Shown: in pieces, positions 54,430 to 57,759 of the stretch
Layout of the letters: each line of letters begins with the position of its first letter
Position numbering within the stretch: position 1 is the first letter of the stretch
Assembly: GCA_964450875.1 (NCBI GenBank)
Contig: CAYVHG010000103.1
Location: 1-57,759, forward strand
DNA: 57,759 nt
Origin: an uncultured Anaerolineaceae bacterium
Lineage (GTDB): Bacteria > Chloroflexota > Anaerolineae > Anaerolineales > DRMV01
Reading direction: 5' to 3'
The notes under the pieces: generated by a model
The model's database searches: none
What the model saw: only the letters and a program-made list of their open reading frames with translations
Told to the model about the DNA's origin: nothing
Position numbers and translations under genes: made by a program

Positions 54430-55371
54430 TTACACGACCTGCCAGCGAAGGTTTTCGCCCTTCAACGCCGCCAGCACTTCGGTGGCGATATCCACCGCGA
54501 CGCGCGTTTGGGCTTCTTTCGTCTGCGCACCGATATGGGGCGTGGCGACCACCCGCGGGTGGGAAACCAGCGGCGAAGCGCCCGGCGGCTCGGTGGCGTA
54601 GACATCCAACCCCGCACCGCCGATGTGCCCGCTTTCCAGGGCTTCGTAGAGCGCAGTTTCGTCGATTACGCCGCCGCGTGCCGCACAGATGACAAACGCT
54701 CCCGGCTTCATCTTGGCGAAGGCTTCCGCGTTCACCATGCCGCGGGTCTGAGGCGTGAGGGGCACGTGCAGGGTAATGACGTCGGCCTGGGCGTAGAGGT
54801 CGTCCAGCTCGGCGATGGGTTCTGCGCCGCGGCGGGCGATTTCCTCGGCCGGAATGAGCGGGTCATAGCCAACGACGCGCATACCGATGGCCTTGGCCAG
54901 CGCGCCTACCCGGCTGCCAATGCGCCCCATGCCCACCACACCCAGCGTTTTGCCGTGGAGTTCGGTGCCGGTGAGCTGCTTCTTGCGCCATTCGCCGCGC
55001 TTCATGCTGGCGTCGGCTTCGGCAAGGCGGCGGGCCAAGGCAAACATCATGCCCAGCGCCAGCTCGGCGACTGCATTGGTCGAGGCCTGCGGGGCGTTGA
55101 CCACCGTCACGCCGCGCGCTTTGGCGGCTTCCAGGTCAATGTTATCTACCCCGACGCCGGCGCGCCCCACCACTTTCAAGTTGGCGGCGGCTTCCAGCAC
55201 GGCCGCGGTAATTTTGGTGCGGCTGCGCACGATGACAGCGTCGTATTGGCCAATGACATCCAGCAGTTCCTCGGCGCCGATGCCGTTGCGGTCGGCTACT
55301 TCGGCCTCACGGCTCAAGATAGCCTGCCCCTCGGCTTTCAGCCCGTCGGTGAGAAGGATTTTCCAGCGCAT
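54430..55371 (-). CDS. D-isomer-specific 2-hydroxyacid dehydrogenase (short SerA-like, no ACT domain)
   Basis: MRWKILLTD..., NAD motif GVVGMGRIGSRV, catalytic R/E/H context (ARGGVIDE...ATPHIGA). The ATG at 55371 lies after AGGAG. The track ORF extends to 55857. Confidence 0.8.
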   Translation of the reverse strand: MRWKILLTDGLKAEGQAILSREAEVADRNGIGAEELLDVIGQYDAVIVRSRTKITAAVLEAAANLKVVGRAGVGVDNIDLEAAKARGVTVVNAPQASTNAVAELALGMMFALARRLAEADASMKRGEWRKKQLTGTELHGKTLGVVGMGRIGSRVGALAKAIGMRVVGYDPLIPAEEIARRGAEPIAELDDLYAQADVITLHVPLTPQTRGMVNAEAFAKMKPGAFVICAARGGVIDETALYEALESGHIGGAGLDVYATEPPGASPLVSHPRVVATPHIGAQTKEAQTRVAVDIATEVLAALKGENLRWQVV

Positions 55372-55452
55372 ACTGTTGACTCCTGAGGAGTGATAGAATA
55401 ACGACACGTTTATTGTACTCCATTCGCGCCGCCAGGCGTAGCGAGGTGAGCG

Positions 55453-56289
55453 ATGAAAACATCGTTGAAAGACAAAATCGTCTTGATCACAGGAGGTTCC
55501 AGCGGCATTGGATTGGCGTTGGCGCAGCGAGCGGCGGCGGAAGGCGCGCGGGTCGCGTTGGTGGCCCGGCGGCGAGAGAAGCTGGAAGCCGCGCTGGCAT
55601 CGTTGCCGGGCGAAGGGCACCGCATATACCCTTGCGATGTGGCCGATTTCGCCGCCGTAGAAGCCATGGCCGCCCAAGTGCAGGCAGACATGGGCACGCC
55701 CGACTGGCTGGTCAACTCGGCCGGCGTGACCCGCCCCGGCTATTTCTGGGAACTGCCCGTCGAGGTGTTCCACGAAATGATGGAAATCAATTACTACGGC
55801 ACCGTGCACGTCTGCAAAGCCTTCGTCGAGCCCATGCGCGCCCGCGGCAGCGGCCACATCATCAACCTTTCCTCGGTCGCAGGCTTTTTGGGGGTTTTCG
55901 GCTATTCGGCTTACGGCGCTTCGAAGTTCGCGGTTTGGGGCTTTTCCGACACGCTACGCGCCGAGCTCAAACCGGAAGGCATTGCAGTGCACGTCGTCTT
56001 TCCCCCCGATACGGATACGCCGCAATTGCACTACGAAATGCCGCTCAAGCCGCCCGAGACCAAAATTCTGGCCGAAACCGGCGGGTTGCTGACCGCCGAG
56101 CAGGTTGCAGTCGAAATTCTCAAAGGCGTCGCACGCGGCAAGTATGCCATCTTGCCCGGCAGCGACCCCAAATGGATGTGGAAGGCCAGCCACTTGCTTG
56201 GGTGCGGCACTTACAAGGTCATGGACTGGCTCATCGCGCGCGCCCGTCGGCAAATTGCCCGCCGCAGAGCCAAAGGCGAAGAAATCTGA
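55453..56289 (+). CDS. short-chain dehydrogenase/reductase (3-ketosphinganine-reductase-like subgroup)
   Basis: TGGSSGIGLA, NSAG, YSAYGASK catalytic motif. A hydrophobic/basic C-terminus is present. Confidence 0.8.
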   Translation: MKTSLKDKIVLITGGSSGIGLALAQRAAAEGARVALVARRREKLEAALASLPGEGHRIYPCDVADFAAVEAMAAQVQADMGTPDWLVNSAGVTRPGYFWELPVEVFHEMMEINYYGTVHVCKAFVEPMRARGSGHIINLSSVAGFLGVFGYSAYGASKFAVWGFSDTLRAELKPEGIAVHVVFPPDTDTPQLHYEMPLKPPETKILAETGGLLTAEQVAVEILKGVARGKYAILPGSDPKWMWKASHLLGCGTYKVMDWLIARARRQIARRRAKGEEI

Positions 56290-56319
56290 ACCTGCTCCCA
56301 AAGAGGAGAGAAGCCCGTC

Positions 56320-56859
56320 ATGGCGCCAACCACTTCCCCCGTGATTGCCGCGCTGCTCATCTTCGTCATGCGGCTGGCAGGGATTACCCTGGACACCCTG
56401 CGCACGCTGCTGGTGATGCGCGGCCATAAGCTCTGGGCGTGGCTGGCAGCCTTTGCCCAGGCTTTCCTGTTCGTGGTGGCCCTGACATGGGTGGTGGCGG
56501 GGGCCATGCACCCGCTGGTGATTGCGGGTTACGCCCTGGGGTACGCCACCGGCGGCGTCGCGGGCATCATGGTGGAACGCAAACTCGGCCTGGGGCATGT
56601 GCATCTGCGCATCATCAGCCCGCGCCGCGGGGCAGCCATTGCCAAGCGCCTGCGCGACGCCGGGTTTGCCTTTACCGAAGTGCCCGCCTCGGGCCGAGAC
56701 GGCACGGTAGACCTCATCAACTGCGGCGTCGTGCAACGGCAGGTGCCGCAGGTGTTGGAAATCGTGGAAAGCACCGACCCCGACGCCTTTGTGACCTCGG
56801 AAGTGGTGCGCCCGATGCGGCGGGGCATTTGGCGGGCCAGCATTGGAGGACGTTCATGA
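56320..56859 (+). CDS. UPF0316 family membrane protein (DUF5698 plus DUF2179)
   Basis: Three TM helices followed by a soluble domain ([33 protein letters not shown]...[17 protein letters not shown]). Confidence 0.7.
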   Translation: MAPTTSPVIAALLIFVMRLAGITLDTLRTLLVMRGHKLWAWLAAFAQAFLFVVALTWVVAGAMHPLVIAGYALGYATGGVAGIMVERKLGLGHVHLRIISPRRGAAIAKRLRDAGFAFTEVPASGRDGTVDLINCGVVQRQVPQVLEIVESTDPDAFVTSEVVRPMRRGIWRASIGGRS

Positions 56860-57386
56860 GCATTCAGCCATTGACCTGGGCCGCACTGGCTTCAGCGGCC
56901 TTCATCTTCGCCTTGCGCGTGGTCGACGTTTCCATCGCCACAGTGCGGATGCTGGCGATCATCCGCGGTCAGCGGCTGTTCGCCTGGGTGCTGGGCTTCT
57001 TCCAGGCGCTGGTGTTCGTGCTGGCAATTCGTCAGATATTCGCCAACCTCGACAACGTGTGGAACATGCTGGGCTATGCCGCCGGCTTCGCCACCGGCAC
57101 GGTCGTGGGCATGTGGCTGGAAGAACAGCTGGCGATGGGCTACAGCCACCTGCGGGTCATCAGCCCTGGCCGCGGCACCGTGCTGGCCGAGCGCCTGCGC
57201 GACGCCGGTTTCGCCGTGACAGAAGTGGCCGGCCGCGGGCGCGACGGCACGGTCAACGTCCTCAACCTCACCGTGCCGCGCAAACGCGTGCCCGAAGTGC
57301 GCCGCCTGGTCACCGAATTCGACCCCAAAGCCTTCATCACAGTGGAAGACGTGCGCCCCCTGCGGCGGGGCTATTTCCGCGCCTGA
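56856..57386 (+). CDS. UPF0316 family membrane protein, second tandem paralogue
   Basis: Same architecture as the first copy ([33 protein letters not shown]...[17 protein letters not shown]). ATGA overlap with the first copy. Confidence 0.7.
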   Translation: MSIQPLTWAALASAAFIFALRVVDVSIATVRMLAIIRGQRLFAWVLGFFQALVFVLAIRQIFANLDNVWNMLGYAAGFATGTVVGMWLEEQLAMGYSHLRVISPGRGTVLAERLRDAGFAVTEVAGRGRDGTVNVLNLTVPRKRVPEVRRLVTEFDPKAFITVEDVRPLRRGYFRA

Positions 57387-57404
57387 GCGCCGAAACCGCG
57401 CCTA

Positions 57405-57759
57405 TGCCTACCCTTTACCTGGTCTCCACCCCCATCGGCAACCTGGAAGACATCACCCTGCGCGCGCTGCGGGTGCTGCGCGAGGTCTCGCTGATTGCAG
57501 CAGAAGACACTCGCCGCACGCAAAAACTGCTCGCGCATTACGAGATCCACACCCCCCTCATCAGTTACCACGAACACAACCAACGCCGTCGGGAACCCCG
57601 CCTGCTGGAAGCCTTAGCCCAAGGCGACGTCGCGCTGGTTTCCGATGCAGGAACGCCCCTCATCAACGACCCGGGGGCCGCGCTGGTGCGGGCAGCCTGG
57701 GAAGCAGGCCACCGGGTAGTGCCGGTGCCCGGCCCCAACGCGGCGCTGGCCGCGCTGGT
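57405..57759 (+). CDS. rsmI: 16S rRNA (cytidine1402-2'-O)-methyltransferase, N-terminal part only (runs off the right edge)
   Basis: [39 protein letters not shown]...VSDAGTP is the typical RsmI N-terminus. Confidence 0.85.

Noticed and set aside
227-55386. Very long ORFs antisense to, or out of frame with, recognisable genes. Examples: 227..1471+, 1529..3526+, 6260..7993-, 9259..11439+, 10190..11935-, 12219..14267+, 15628..17307-, 19857..21503-, 23651..26539-, 29353..31428-, 32574..34676+, 34946..37246-, 52948..55386+.
   Set aside because: Each overlaps a gene with unmistakable family motifs on the other strand or frame. Their translations are Arg/Gly/His/Gln/Pro-rich with no motifs. Such stop-free shadow frames are expected in DNA this GC-rich.

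Overview
GC-rich 57.8 kb chromosomal window, visibly about two-thirds G+C (not computed). It is densely packed with about 55 recognisable protein genes and one tRNA, and almost all of it is core housekeeping. I found no intact mobile element, CRISPR array or recognisable defence island.

Gene content from left to right:
- 1-5.9 kb: 5' end of a tryptophanase/tyrosine phenol-lyase gene, thrC, and an mreB-mreC-mreD-mrdA rod-shape operon with overlapping stops and starts.
- 5.9-8.9 kb: a short integrase/transposase remnant, then mutS2.
- 8.9-14.2 kb: a four-subunit 2-oxoacid:ferredoxin oxidoreductase (OFOR) operon, and a membrane HdrD/DsrK-like Fe-S oxidoreductase.
- 14.8-21.5 kb: a P-loop NTPase plus BtuF/FecCD-type ABC importer, DedA, mutY, and a group II PLP decarboxylase.
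- 21.6-27.3 kb: two cell-wall-binding lipoproteins, a TPR protein, a YhaM-like HD exoribonuclease and an S1-domain protein.
- 27.6-32.6 kb: hrcA-grpE-dnaK-dnaJ behind a perfect CIRCE operator.
- 32.6-38.9 kb: a histidine kinase/OmpR pair, and an HTH-PBP regulator with a WtpABC-like tungstate/molybdate importer.
- 39.0-47.4 kb: a small unknown protein, an MBL hydrolase, YggS, a pseudo-receiver OmpR-like regulator, an orphan beta-class DNA methyltransferase, alr, a family-5 solute-binding protein, secG and a PHP hydrolase.
- 47.9-57.8 kb: a TrmH methyltransferase, a macro-domain protein, an SDH-type Clp-fold protease, a rhomboid, DUF2344, ogt, tRNA-Arg(CCG), PhoD, a SerA-like dehydrogenase, an SDR, two tandem UPF0316 genes and the 5' part of rsmI.

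Main observations not explained by the ORF track:
1. A canonical T-box leader with an apparent Leu (CUC) specifier and an intrinsic terminator lies directly in front of the OFOR operon. This is an unusual regulon member and implies an amino-acid-biosynthetic role for the enzyme.
2. A 0.4 kb convergent intergenic region (47.5-47.9 kb) is built from 10-bp-phased AATCGGTG / ATCTGCGT units and two copies of a palindromic element that differ by a compensatory base-pair change. One copy supplies the last 8 codons and the stop of the TrmH-family gene.
3. An orphan strong hairpin terminator sits inside a divergent intergenic region upstream of the BtuF-like operon.
4. Two TACAAT-N6-ATG leaderless gene starts occur, together with a recurring TGGTAnnnT extended -10 motif.

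The lineage is probably Chloroflexota-like. This rests on high GC, a T-box, an hrcA-dnaK operon with CIRCE and leaderless starts, and is inference only. The many long antisense ORFs in the track are GC-driven shadow ORFs.
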